Assembly (NCBI GenBank): GCA_010909165.1
Contig: VJWM01000338.1
Location: 1 to 52,761, forward strand
Reading direction: 5' to 3'
DNA length: 52,761 nt
DNA from: Anthoceros angustus
Taxonomy: Eukaryota; Plantae; Anthocerotophyta
Within the stretch, counting starts at the first letter, position 1. Every line of letters starts with the position of its first letter. Positions 1-12,779 of this stretch are shown piece after piece. The notes beneath the pieces are model-generated. The model was not told the DNA's origin. It saw only the letters and a list, made by a program, of their open reading frames with translations, and did not search any database. The translations under genes and the position numbers were made by a program.

Positions 1-559
1 AGTTGCTCCCTTGTGAATGGTTGGAAATTGCTTTGCTTTGGGTGTGTGGCAAATGCCCGAGAACTCTCGGCTTGAGGGTAGACTACGTGGAAAGACTCGG
101 AGGTTCTCGCCGTCGTGTCAAACTCAGCAACCGCCCAAGGAAGAACTTGCCGGTGGAGGCGACCTGCAGCCAGCTGAAGGGCTAGCCGAAAGAGTCTTGA
201 ATGAAGGGAGAATAGAGCAAGGATGAGGAGTGGAGAAGATGAGAAGAGGATTAAAGTGAGGTGTTAGTGGCGCCCGTGGTAGGCTCGTCCCGAGGCGACT
301 GCAGTGTTGTGCCCCGAGGAAGTTCTTAGAAGTAGGGACGAAATCGCGTGAACGGGGGTCCGGGCGCCCGTGGTAGGCCTGTCACGAGGTGACCCGCAAT
401 TGTTTTGTGTCGCTGTGGGTCGAGGTTGGCGATTTTCAAGCAAGTGCGGTGCAGAGGGAGAGGAGGGCGCCTTGCTTGTTGAGAAGGCCGAGAGTTGTGC
501 AGTGTAGCGATTGGTGACCACAAGGCCTCGAATTTTCACACAAGTCTCATGGGACTAAA

Positions 560-2526
560 CCCAACGCACGGGATGGGATAAGTGTACGCTTATAGTGGGA
601 GGACCCTGGGAGTGCCCTGATTCTCCCTACCATGTATATCCACTCCATTCTCAAGGTCACACCCTTATCTCCCTTCTAATTACCGATTTATCACCGTGAG
701 TCTATCTATGCTAAGATCTTTAGCTCTAGTTTGGAGATCTTGACTACTTCGTCCGAGGAGGCTAAGGTGCGTGCTCGAGGCTGTTTCACCTGGCCGGAAT
801 ACTTTGGATCATCTTTTACCCTCCGGCTATTGTTGAAGGCTCGACATCCAAGAAGCACCGTTGTTTTGTTGACTTTAAGCGTGCTTTCAACTCATGCCTT
901 GGGATAAGTTGTTTGACGGACTTCAATCTCTTAAGATGCCTCCTCATTTGTGGCATGCTACCCTTCTCTACAAAAGGGTCTTTGCTCGAATCAAGACTCC
1001 GTGGTTTGTCTTCCCACCGATCCCTATCCAACTTGGCGTCATGAGGCGACCTTTGTCCCCAAATCTCTTTGGGTTGTATATTGATGAGCTTGAGGAATGG
1101 CTTCGATCCGGCGACCGTGCTCGGCTATCGAAAGTATTCCTATCCTCCTATATGGATGATATTGTTCTTTATCTCATGAGGGCCTGCAAAGCAACCGGAT
1201 GTTTTATCCCTTTTTGTAAAACCAAGGGTCTCTTTGTCAATCACAAGACCAAGATTATGTTCAACACTCGGGATTACAAGGGTGATTGCAAATTTTATTA
1301 TGATGGTCAGGAGGTGGAGATGGTTCGATCCTATACTTATCTGGGTATCACTATTTTCGGTCCTAAATTTAACTGGACCTCCTCTGCCTCCTCCCGCGCT
1401 ACCAAGGGGATGGGCTCTGTCTGTGCTTTGCGCCGTTCTTTATACAGGATGAATCTTCAGGATATCAATCTTCGGAAGCAGCTGTTCAACACTATGGTAA
1501 TTCCCTCCGCCTTGTATGGCGCTGAAATTTGGGGCCCGGATCTTTCCCCTTCTTCTTGGGCGAAGGTGGAAAGGGTTCAATCTTCCTTTCTCCGCGCTCA
1601 CATTGCTTGTAAGCGTTCAACTCCATTACCCATCCTCCTTTCTCAATTTGCAGCCTTTCCTCGAACTTGATGGCCTTTTTCGCCTCTCATCCTTTCTTTA
1701 CCGCCCACCTCCTTGATATTGCTAATCCCATTTTGGATCCCCTTACCTCCTCCTTGCCTTTAGGTCCTCCTCCGCCTCCGCTCAATCCGACCCACAAGCT
1801 TCTTTTGCGGCTTTCTCAAGCTGCCAACCGGCTTAGAAGATTCGAGTTTGAACCTTTTCGACTCCCTCGCTTCTCCCTCCTCCCAACTCCCCTTTCTCAC
1901 ATCCCCCAACCACTCCATTCGCGGGCCCTTAAATTAAGATACCTTCGCCTCACACGGTCCCCTCTTTCCTTTTCCCCTCTCACTTCTAGACTCCGCTTTT
2001 ACAAAGGCAGGCTCGAGTTAATCCTCCCTGTAAATTTCCTACCCTTGCTACCTCGGTTCCCCCTTTCCTTCAAACTCCGCACACTCATAGGTCAATTTCG
2101 TGTTAGCTCCCACCACCTCCTGGATTGACCGACCGTTGGCTCAAGCCTACCACCCCTCCCAAGGCGATAGGATGCAAGCTTTGCTCCTTGGATCCACGAA
2201 TCAATCACACTTCCTCTTTTATTGTCACGCCTATGCCGATATTCGGTCTCGTTACTCTCTTCTTTTGAATGTGCCGGCTTCTCATTCAGATTTTTCTCTT
2301 TCCACATTCCTAGGCTCTCTGGACTATGTCTCTCGAGCTTCTTGATCTTGGCGGTCCTTGTTGGACTCCTTGTAGTCTTGCCTTCTTTTCGCTTCCCTCA
2401 GTCGCTTCTCTAGTTCAGACGTGCGTAAGTGTACTCGGTTTTTAAACCTCTTTTACGCTGTACTATCTCTGTCCCATGATGGTTCTCCCATCCTTAGTGA
2501 ACATAAATAAAGTTGTTGTTGTTGTT
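560..2526 (+). mobile_element. 5'-truncated, frameshifted non-LTR retrotransposon (RTE/RTEX-like): RT domain, C-terminal Zn-knuckle remnant, AATAAA+(GTT)n tail
   Basis: Across frames: SNYRFIT, LDH.FTLR, CFVDFKRAF, PLSPNLFGLYID, SYMDDIVL, YTYLG, LYGAEIWG; later QFRVSSHHL and HFLFYCHAYADIR; AATAAA at 2506-2511 followed by (GTT)5 at 2512-2526. Confidence 0.85.
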
Positions 2527-2534
2527 CTTGTTAT

Positions 2535-2700
2535 TGGTCTAGTGTTTGGGAAAATGTCTGGGAATGAGTAGATTGTGGGTTCAAATCTCTTAGGCTTTTT
2601 AGTAAACCAACTTTGTTGATTTTAAGAGCGCTGGCATGCCCACGCCCATGCACGCATCTGCTATCAATCCGGATGATATGGTTTGATAGAAAGGCTAAGT
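2535..2700. repeat. Terminal module of the DUF7869-type element (tRNA-like A/B boxes, AACCAACTTTGTTGATTTTAAG, CTATCAA/TTGATAG motifs)
   Basis: Homologous by eye to 25060-25440 and 26990-27140; TGGTCTAGTGT at 2535-2545 and GGTTCAAATC at 2578-2587. Confidence 0.5.
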
Positions 2701-4700
2701 GGGCATTGACTCACATGTCTTTATTTTGACCAGCATAATTAAGGATTTCTAGTTTTAAACCCAAAATCATGGGAAATATCTTTCAATCGTTGATCGTGAG
2801 TTTGAAATTATATATAACGATATATTAATGATGGCAAATTATAAAGGAATCAAAATGGTAAAGAGAGCTATGGCTCACTCAAGTTTCTTCCGTTTTATTA
2901 AGCTCATTGGAGGTCGACCATTATATTGTGGAGGTCACAGCCCTAGGCATGTGTTTCACTCTTGGACACCATCTTTGCGATCAACCGAGACTGTACATTG
3001 TGATTTGACATGTGAAAGATCTCATATTTTTGTTCATTCAATTTGAAACATACATTCAAATGGTTGAGGGAATGGGTTACTTGTTTGATGAAGGCAACGA
3101 TTCAAACCCGTGAAAGCCAAATCCGGGCAGGCAAAAACGTCCTCGTAAACCAAAACGGCAAAGGAATGATGCATAGAACACGATATCTTGTGAAGGGGGT
3201 GAATATTCACGAAGGGGGTTTTCCGAAAAATATCTCCGGAAGGGGGTTTGACATGGGTCCATGAACTCGTGGTTTTAGAGGTATGAATGAATATAAGGCA
3301 GAAAAGAAGGGTGGACATTCCTGTGAACCATTGATATGAGGTCCATTTCATGCCAGCGAAGGGTTATGGTGCAAGAGATAACCCTATTTGGGGTGCATTT
3401 AAGACCCATGTCAAGGACCATTGCTACCGGCCACTCCTGCTCTTCCTCGCACAACAACCTTAAACATTTGTAAAAACCACGATGATCAGAATTGGATAAG
3501 AGGCGAACCCGCTGATGGCTGTGAGCAAAGATAAATTGAGAGCAGTGGCCGCCGCCGCTCCGCATTGCTCGATCTATTGGGAAAGGCGGTGGTTACTAAG
3601 GTGCCCATAGCCCAATGTGTGTACACAAAGGCTCGGGTGTGGGGTGAGTGGTGTCTTCCGCACACCCTAAATTGTGCTCGAATATAATCACATCGCTCGC
3701 CCAAAGACTGCAATCGATAAACGGGAAAACATGGGCGGCGACTGGTTCCCGCCGACATATCGCACACATAAACATGCCCGGCGGGCTGAACATGTGTTGC
3801 CTGCCAATAGGCCGCAATGTTTAGGCAATCACGCCATACTTCCTCCATGTCCTTCCGCTTGTAAAAGAAAATGGCTTGCACATCGAAAGTTATAAAGCAT
3901 GTGAAGTCTACATAGGGATACAGAGAACAGGCACAACCAATATCCTATCATGGGCCTACACTCTTTTAAGACATATGTGCTGCGCTCCGAAATGTGCACT
4001 CCAAACTTCAGGATTTGAGGTACACGCATAGCCTCCCCAATCGCCCCTGGAAGATGACCTAACATTCATATGGTTTTCTACTCTTCGCCAGACGCCACGC
4101 CATCATCTTCGCTGGGTCCGGCATCATGACCATCATCTTCACTGTCCTCAGTGGTACTTTGACTCGCTGGTTGAATGAAGCCTCACAGTTCAATTAAGTT
4201 CTCTTTGATTGCCTTCTTATCTACAGCGTACAAGTGTCTCCTCGTAGTCAAGCTGAACCCATAATAGAGGATGACCATTTGGTGAACAAAAACCTTTTGG
4301 ATATTTTTTTTGATGGATGGTTCGCTCCCCTTTTCCACTGCATTACTCCGCTCTGGCATCCTCGATTAAATATTCTTCTCATTATCTTCCCTTGCGCATC
4401 TGTGTTCGATTACGTACCAATGAACAAGGAAGTGAGTGGCGGATGTAATCAAGCATGACCTTCCCAATCAAAAGGGTCATTATGCTTATGCATGTCCTGG
4501 GGCGCAACAAACATCCTTGTCTTTATTTCCGCGATATCACCATTCCACCGTGCCATTTCCTGTTGTTGCCTCCCCAGGGTTTGGTATGCTCCCAAATACA
4601 TATCTCGTTGTGGAGGTCCCTTATGCCTCCTCCGACTACCACATACGGAACATGGAGGTTGAAATTTCCATCCATCAACATAAGGCCTAAGTTCAAAGAC
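2700..4700 (-). pseudogene. 3' part of the long DUF7869-transposon gene, copy 1 (decayed)
   Basis: Shares RDMYLGAY..NGDI.EIK with 45290-45370 and YYGF.LT..HL...DKK.IK with 45620-45690 and 23200-23260; nucleotide homology 3180-4240 vs 22140-23240 and 2670-3180 vs 47170-47690. Confidence 0.6.
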
Positions 4701-5590
4701 CATCCTTAAGATGGGCAGCGGCTGCCGATTAGTGATAATGGCTGCGTTCCTTTTTATCCCTTAATAGCGGTCGGGAGCGCTGTTATTATAGGAAGGCACA
4801 AATTTGAAACTCCAAACCCCTTCCGCTTTCCCATTGTGGTGAGGTCGAATCGCTTGCTCGATAGCAATCACAAACTCATGTTCGCTTTCTCCTCACGGTT
4901 ATTTTAAATGTGTTGGAACGATAAATTGTTCAATCTCTTTCTGGCCGCCCCATAAGTGAGTCCTCTCGGCCTTGTCTAATAGGCCACACATATGTAATCG
5001 CCACTTGATCAATATCTTTACTTCGGTGAAGGTGTCGATGCATCAAGATCTCACGACGCGGGGGTGTGAGCTTCTTTATGTTTCAAGCTTTTGGAGAAGC
5101 AAGAAAATATCTGGTCGATAATGAAATAGTGTTGATTCATTAGGGTTTAGTAATATCTATTTATATGTAGTGTGTATTTAGATTTATTTTTAGTTGCTCA
5201 CCCTTTTCACTAGGGTTATGTCCTTTCCCTAAGGTCACGTCTTTTCGTTAATTAAGTTAAGTCTAGCAACAGCGTATCTCAGCATAGGGGTTATTCTCCA
5301 TTAAAGGGGTTTGGGTCCCTAAAGACCAAAAAATGACCCCCGAAAACGGGCCAAAATGCATCATCTTTAGCAAAACCACTCTTTAGACATGTCTTGAAAG
5401 ACATTGACCATGTTATTTTCTCGTGAATACTTACGCTAAGGTTGAAGCGAAGAAGGTTCGATTTCACCTTCACAAGGAAGGGATTTCAAGGATTTTTAAT
5501 AGGTGCTAGGAATCCTAAACACCTCTTTCGATAGTACTTCCTAGCGGGGTGAGCAGTGGGCAAACCAAACAAAATTAGTCCAGCCAAAGC

Positions 5591-5920
5591 TACGGACGTC
5601 CGCAACCAACATAAAAGTAGCAATTCGAAGCGAAAAGAAACAGCTGGCGACGTCCGGCAATTGTGAAGAACATTAACCGATAGCGATCATGGCCATCTCG
5701 AGAGGACCAAACTACGACTCTAAGTAAGTCGGTGCACTTTGTGAGTACACAACCCCGGATCTCCATTGTTAGAGTGAAAACATAGAAGGAATTGGAACAA
5801 TGCGCGGACGTTCGGCACATTGGCTGCCACTAAAGCTGCGCCGGACGTCCGCGCATTTTAGACCCCAATCTTGTGGGCGTCGGCGAGATGGAAATGGTGG
5901 AGTGGATGCGGACGTCCGTA
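5591..5920. repeat. Cluster of CGGACGTCCG palindromes, possible small TA-flanked MITE
   Basis: Perfect 10-mers at 5593, 5842 and 5909, variants near 5649 and 5805; ends TACGGACGTCCGC / GCGGACGTCCGTA. Confidence 0.35.
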
Positions 5921-6051
5921 TCTATATATTGTATTGTCTTTGTAAAATCGCTCGGGATAGGTGCAGATAGACTCAATGGCATAAGAACTCAAGGTTAAGC
6001 ACCGGTCGGATCAAAGGATGGGGTGCTTGACTTGTCTTTGGAACTTGGATC

Positions 6052-6138
6052 ATTAGCTAGGATGGCTTGCTTGTTTTGGTGCTTTGAACTTTTGACTCTC
6101 GATTAGCTAGGATGGCTTGCTTGTTTTGGCGCTTTGAA
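6052..6138. repeat. 37-bp direct repeat x2 (50-bp period)
   Basis: ATTAGCTAGGATGGCTTGCTTGTTTTGG(T/C)GCTTTGAA at 6052-6088 and 6102-6138. Confidence 0.9.
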
Positions 6139-7439
6139 AACTTTGTAACAACTCCTTAAGCAACCTAGGCGTATCAATACTAGGATGGAGTGTTGATTTT
6201 AGTGGTTTGAAAAATTTGTAAATCATCCGGTATCTAGGCGTAAAGTCATGAATATTATTTTTGAAAATCATTTGTTGGTTGATGTTATATTCCCACATTC
6301 GCTTTGTATACAACATGTAAAACCTTTTGGCCTTACTCTATGTGCCCCTTCGATGACTTGCTGGATCTCTTTGATTGGTCGCCAAATGTCTCATTCGAGT
6401 TTGATGCACGATAGATGCATAGGCCTTGGTTTCTAGATGAGCTACATTTTCCAAAATTCGACATGTATGATGGTGGTTTCTAATGGCCAAGACGACAATG
6501 TTTCACAATGTTTTAGAAGCAAGAAAATAAATAGAATAGATGATTTTTCCTTGAGTAATGAAAGCACAGCCGGATGCGATCGAACACAAGCATAAGAGAG
6601 CATCTGCACAGCACTGCGAGCCCTAGTGAGAGCCTGAGTATCTGAAGAAAGAGGCTGGTCGCCCAGTGGGGTTTTGACCAAATGGTGAGTATTTGAGGCT
6701 AAGGAGGACTGTCTATACCCAGCGCCCACACTGGCGCTAGGTGTTCAGACGAACTATAGCCAAGCTTCCGGAGATTTTGAATTTAAGATCGACTTGCTCC
6801 ATGTGCCACCCATGGATAGATTAAGGTTGAAAGCGATGCGGACTTGACAAGAAGAAATGTAAGCTCGAAGAGTTTGATCAAGAGCGGTTGAGGAGGCCTC
6901 ACCATCCTTTACCTTGTCCAATTCTGTGAGGCCCAATCTCTGGATCTAAGTGCGGCTTATCTCCACGGAGGGGCCAGTCGGGAGGTATGCTGCCGTGCAG
7001 GATTGCTCAATCACGGGTTTGAAAAGAGAATTGATGTGAGTGTTTGCGGTGGCAAGTGTGCACAAGCAACTTGAGCAAAGTGCTTGCCTACACAAGTATT
7101 GCGCAACCCTCTCCAAACCCGGTGTATTGCACCTCTTTGGAGTATAAGTCGGGGCGTTGGTGCACTCCGGCTCTTTGGAGCATAAGTCGCATGATCATCC
7201 GGCCACTTGGTACAAAGTGTGTCCGTCATTTGTCGGACGGTGGGCACATTAGGTCTTCCTTGGGCTCGGATGCATGGGCATGGGTTCGCAAATCAGCAGT
7301 GAAATGAGACATGTGCATTTCGGATGGTTAGGGCCAAATGGGGTTCGAGGAGACAAACCCTATCTTGGCTCTTGTGTTTTGATTATTATGATGGATTCTT
7401 TCTTAAGAACAATACAATGTAATTACTCAATACGTAATT

Positions 7440-9110
7440 GATCTGCACCTATTACATATTTTGTTAGTCGATTTGATCATGCGTATGCCCGACCAAAAGG
7501 AATCCCACCTTCACTTTTTCAAAAGTACCCATATCAACAAGCATGTTCAGATATGCAATAAGCAGCTGGTTCTTGTTCTCCCTGTTGTCTAGCTGCAAAT
7601 ACAAAACTCTTGGCAGCACTCCTTCATAATTATGTATAACGTCCTGAATGATGCTGATCGTTAGATTCGCGTCGTTCCGTAAATTCGCATAATGTAAATA
7701 GGCCCTCGCTTTGTGTGTGTAGTTGTGAATCATACACCCAACCACGTGGACTGAAATACGACACTCCTCTACGAGGTTTTTCGGCCACCGGAGAAGATGA
7801 GGAATCTCTGTCTTTTTCTGGTCCATTCCATCTATGGACAACAGCATATACTTATGTGGCTCCATACCTCACTCTGTGTTTGGACATTTTCTCCCGCTCC
7901 CAGTGGAAGCACTGCAGTGTGCTTCCAAAACTGAAATTTCTGCACAAACAAATGACAAATGTCCTAGTCGTAAATATAAGAGACTCCTCAATAAGCGGCA
8001 TCCGTGGGTCCCTCCAAATCCACAGACAGTGCCGACCTTTACAGGGAAACTTCCTCACATGCAAATAATGCTTATTTGCGCATTATTTGCAGATGACGTT
8101 CATCCCAAATCCGGATACAGGGCAGCTAGTGGGGTGGGGGGCGCCGGCCGGCGCCCATCCTCACTCTCTGCCTCTGTCTCCGAATTTGGGATAGGGCTGT
8201 TGGAACATAATCACATAGACCTCTGACGAGGCCGCCATCCCCACTCTCTGCCGCGCAGTTGGGGGGTTAGGCAAGCGGCTTCCACAGTGAAAGCACACTA
8301 GCAGGAGGCAGCCAGCCGGCCCGATGTTGAAGTGCTGCTTTTTGTTTCAAAACCAAACACATGGAAAGTTCTGGAACATGCACGTACATGCATCTAATAT
8401 GACAAAAGGCGACATCAGAGGAGAACATCCGGTCCATGAGGGTAGTGAAGAAAATCCGCAAGCAGATGATCAACCCCATGGAGGACACATTGGTGCAAAT
8501 TGCCTTGATCTTCCTTGTGCATTGTGTTCCTGATAGTGCTCTTCAGACCTGCACAATGCGAGCATGTTGAAAACTTGTTGGACTTCGGGATTTTTACTCT
8601 AGGGAAGTTGCTTCTCCACAGTTTCAAGAACCATGGACACTTCACATAGCGAATGTTAGAGTTTTCGCACTGACGCTTGTACAAGGTCCATATTTCCAAC
8701 TTTGAATACGTGTCGGGTAGATTAAAAACATCCAAGTTTGCCAGCCGCTCTGCCATAAATGTAAAAGCGTTGTCCATCCACGAAATGGCATCCATCGACA
8801 CGCCGATCAGTGCCTTCGGTTTGGTTCAAATCCATCCCAAGGTGATTCCCAAATGACTCTGCTCTTTAGCTCCTCATACCTCCTGTGGCCAAGACAATAC
8901 ACTCTTCTAAAGGCCTTCAAGCGGCGGTATAGGAGTTGCCCCATGACATGTGTCACCACTTTCTTCCTATCACCTCGGGATCAATCGATTGAACGAAGCG
9001 CAATGTCTCTTCTGCGCCTCCCCATGAAGAAAGTACGTTGCTCTAAAATCGCTCTTTACCCAACCTCAGCAAACACATTTTTATGCAACACGGCTTCAAA
9101 TCCATGGTCA
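7440..9110 (-). mobile_element. DUF7869-type (Sola-like DDD) DNA transposase, copy 1, decayed, with a putative GC-AG intron 8503->7940
   Basis: KPCC..C N-terminus; DAISWMD..NLPDTYSKLEIW..FPRVKIPKSNKFSTCSHCAGLK; core IDGMDQKKT, LYLQLDN.RENKN, FLLVGHTHDQID. Confidence 0.8.
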
Positions 9111-11917
9111 TTGTATCCCCTTAAGCTTTTTATGCAACGACCTCGACAGCGTCTTCGTGATACAACAATTGACCTTGTTAGAGCCTTTAGAGACTCACTC
9201 AAAGGCTTCGGATGGAAGGAACGGGCATGCATCAGTGGCTGAACACGCCTCGAATCTTCGTTGTCGCCAATGGGACCTTCCTCAACCCGGTGAGCGGGCC
9301 GCGACCAAGATCCGCGAGAAACAAACCGCGGCGTACAGCCGATGTGTCTGCGGGAGAAACGCCCGACATTGGGAAAGAGCGTCGGTTGGATGGGCTTCCC
9401 TCCAACGCAGCGTACCGATGCAAATTCCTAGGTGTTGGAGGAACACCCCGCGGGACAGTTGGCGACGCCAACTGTCGACATCTTCGTCGCGTATCTGCAA
9501 CAGCAATATAGAAAGAATGAATAAGTATCCCACCACATGCAGTTTCAGCACAAGCGTCTACAGTTCCAATATGAAAAAAATCAACTTCAACCTTCATCAT
9601 CAAGACGTCTTTCGGGAATGGCAAAGCGCACTTGACGGGGATGCACAGGTTCAGGTGATGTGGTGGCCTGTACAACAAGTCTCCTCACTTCTCTGACTGT
9701 ACGCGAAGCACGCGGACATTGTGAAGACAAATCTTCTTCCCACTGTTCATCCTAAAACCGGATCCACTTACTGAACTCATAATCCGAAAACAAAATTGAG
9801 GATGAAAACCAAGTAAGCCTTCCAAAAGGGGCGAACTCCAACCTCTTCGCTAGCTGGGGTGTGGATGAGACGCAACATGCTGTGAAAACAACTTGCAGAA
9901 GAACGTCGATTGAGACCACACTCGCCGCGGAAATAAAAGACCGTGGAAGGCCAACAGGCCTTTTGGAAGAGACCTCCAGTGACGAGGAGAATGGTGAAGC
10001 AAGATGAGTGCAAATGGCCACTGTCTCTATTGATAGGCGTAGCGCATAGATGAGGATATTATTTTTTCCCCTGTATGGACGACAACATGATGGAGTTCCT
10101 GATACAGATATCCAACGGCATATCGCGCCGTCCTGCATTTTTATGGTCGACAATGAATGTGCCTCGGCCAGCCGTCACGAAAGTCAACATGATTATGGTT
10201 CAGCAGTAGTTTATATCTGGGTATATGGAAATATGCTGGCATATGTTAATTCAGGCATGTTTTTGGGCTATAAATACCTGTTGGCGAGGAAACCCTAATT
10301 ACTCTTTGTTTTCTCTTGCCACTTTCCATCACGGTGGAGCATTCTGGCGAGTACTTCCTGTGGAGGGAAGTAACGAGGGAGTGTGCTGACTGCGGGTGTT
10401 GTTGGCCGAATTCGAGGAGGTCTCCGAGCAGAATTCCACGCATCCTCCCTTCGCGGCCGCGCGAGCTTGTGATTTGAGCCATCACGGGCAGGCGCTGAGG
10501 GTGGGGGAGACAGGTGCCGGGCATTCCTCAAGTGCATCAATCGGCAGGGTCCGTGGGGGAGGTTCATTCGACTTTCATGTGAACCAATTGTCTGCTTCCT
10601 TCCAATTTCGTGATGTGCTGACAGGCTGCAGGGTTCATTCCTTGAAGATACGTACAACGTGAAGGTTTTTTAGTGCCCTGAAGCTGACACTGCTGCGTGA
10701 CGCAATGAAGTACATTGTCTAGAGGGTAATGTCTCGGACCTTGTGTGATGCTTCATGAATGTAGAAACATTTGTATTGTGGCACAAGCAAATGTACAAGG
10801 ATTGATGATGTGTGCATACACATCTTCCTTCTCAAGCTCACTACTTGTATGTTACCCTGTATATATGTACAGTTAAGACTGAGGTTGCTTCACATCAAAG
10901 CACACGGTTGAAGAGAAGCTGGTTAAGGTGGTGCTGCATCTTAGCGGAGGGGGAGGTCCAGCCGTCGTTGTCTGCGTAGAGGTAATATGCGACTGGCATT
11001 GTGCAAAGACGTGTTTGCAGGTGGGGCAGCCGATGGAGTGAAGACATGCTGCACCAGCTGTTTCATGTTGAATCCACTACAGCTCGGATGTCGTGGGCCG
11101 CTTCCTCCTTGCTCTTCTCCGGGTACTCTTTCATATGAACAACCATACTGTTGATTTCCGATATCCCACTCTGTGACGGTTGCCGACAAAGGCGCAGCAA
11201 ATTCAGGATTGAACGGGTCATGTATGAGGCTGTGATTAACGGAGTCTGCAACCTTCAGTTGACGCATGCGCAATATTATCGTACCTGGTAAGATCTGACG
11301 TCGTTCAAGAGGCGCACCACAGTCCCAGCCTTGATGTTCAGGTCGTGGTACTCCGAGTTGATGGCCTCCTCGCTCAGTTCCACGCCGGGTATCAAGAAGC
11401 CAGGTCCCAGACTACAGAGCTCCGCCGATGCAGATTGCGCCGACTGGGATGAATTGGTCCCAGGTGGGAATAATGCCATCCCGCTTCCACTTGGCTCGGA
11501 TCGTCACGCATTCACGTAGCGTTGCAACTGCGCGTGGGATGTGAGATAAGCCAACGCAGAAGCGAAGTATCAGGCTGTTAGGAATGTGAAAGATCTCTAA
11601 TTCACTCACCGATGCGACCACATGCCTGCTCATCGCGGCCCTGCTCCTTGGATGCTTTGTCGGCTATCTCAACGATGGTGTCGTAGATGCCCATGAAAAC
11701 GATGCGCTGCCTGAGGTTGGTGTGGTCGATCATGGACGGGTCCCAGCTGCAGACATGTGGGATGCACGCAAGGGGTGAGGAAACCAAGCCGGTCCGGTCA
11801 TTGAGTATGGTTGTGGATCCGGATGATGGGCTATAACGGTACCTTTGGTGGCAGCCTGGAACCGGTCGAGCTCGTCCTGGGGAACTCCCGGACAGGTGGT
11901 GTAATCGTCGAGTAACA

Positions 11918-12734
11918 AAAGGCATATAGTATAAACTTAATTCCTTATACACATGAAATATTATGAAAAGAATAGAATAAAATTGTAAGATTCAAACTCG
12001 ATGTGGATCATAAAATGCATATAGTATGAACTCAATTCCCTAGACAAATAAAATGATTGGATTAGAAATATAACACCTATACATCAGCTTTTCTTTTTTC
12101 TTAGAATGGGTACTCCTTTAGCGATATCATCGTTGGCTTTTTCATTTCTTTTTGGGACGTGGTTGTTGGTCATGTGTGTTTTGATGGGTGCTCTCATGCA
12201 TCCATAAAAGCAAAATAGAATACAAAGTTAGGATTCCCTTAGCATATAGGTAGAATATTACTACTAGGAAAGGAGTGGTATTATCACACTTATATCACGG
12301 TTTATGTAGCCTATTATATACGATCTTGTCACACTTTTGGAATGGTGGAGGTAAGGTAACCGAACCCCTTGGTGGTGTAATGCTTATTACTTCGGCACTA
12401 CGCGAAAGCATATCACCTTGTCCGAGTGTGCATTGGCCCGGGCGACACTAGACTACTGTGATTAACAATGCCTTCCGTTTCTATTTTGGCTTTGGATTTC
12501 TACTGACAATGACTAAAGGCATATAGTATAAACTTAATTCCTTATACCATGAAATTTTATGAAAACAATAGAACAAAATTGTAAGATTCAAACTCACATC
12601 GATCACGAATGCATATAGTATGAACTCAATTCTTTATACAAATAAAATGATTGGATTAGAAATATAACATCTATACATCGCTTTTCTTTTCTTCTTAGAC
12701 CGAGTACTCCTTTAGGGACATCATCGTTGGCTTT
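11918..12734. repeat. ~220-bp imperfect direct repeat x2 (11918-12140, 12515-12734) around a 374-bp spacer
   Basis: Both start AAAGGCATATAGTATAAACTTAATTCCTTATAC and end CATCGTTGGCTTT; no TG..CA ends or PBS seen. Confidence 0.9.
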
Positions 12735-12779
12735 GTCATGACTCAAGAGGTCATTGATTTGCGATGTCGATTAATAATT

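Noticed and set aside
1-540. 5' region/ORF1 of a LINE on the minus strand, or a twin-priming inversion of the adjacent LINE
   Set aside because: Only vague RRM- or endonuclease-like similarity and the other boundary is outside the window
2535-2590. Functional tRNA gene
   Set aside because: A/B boxes are recognisable but I could not fold a cloverleaf; treated as tRNA-derived repeat
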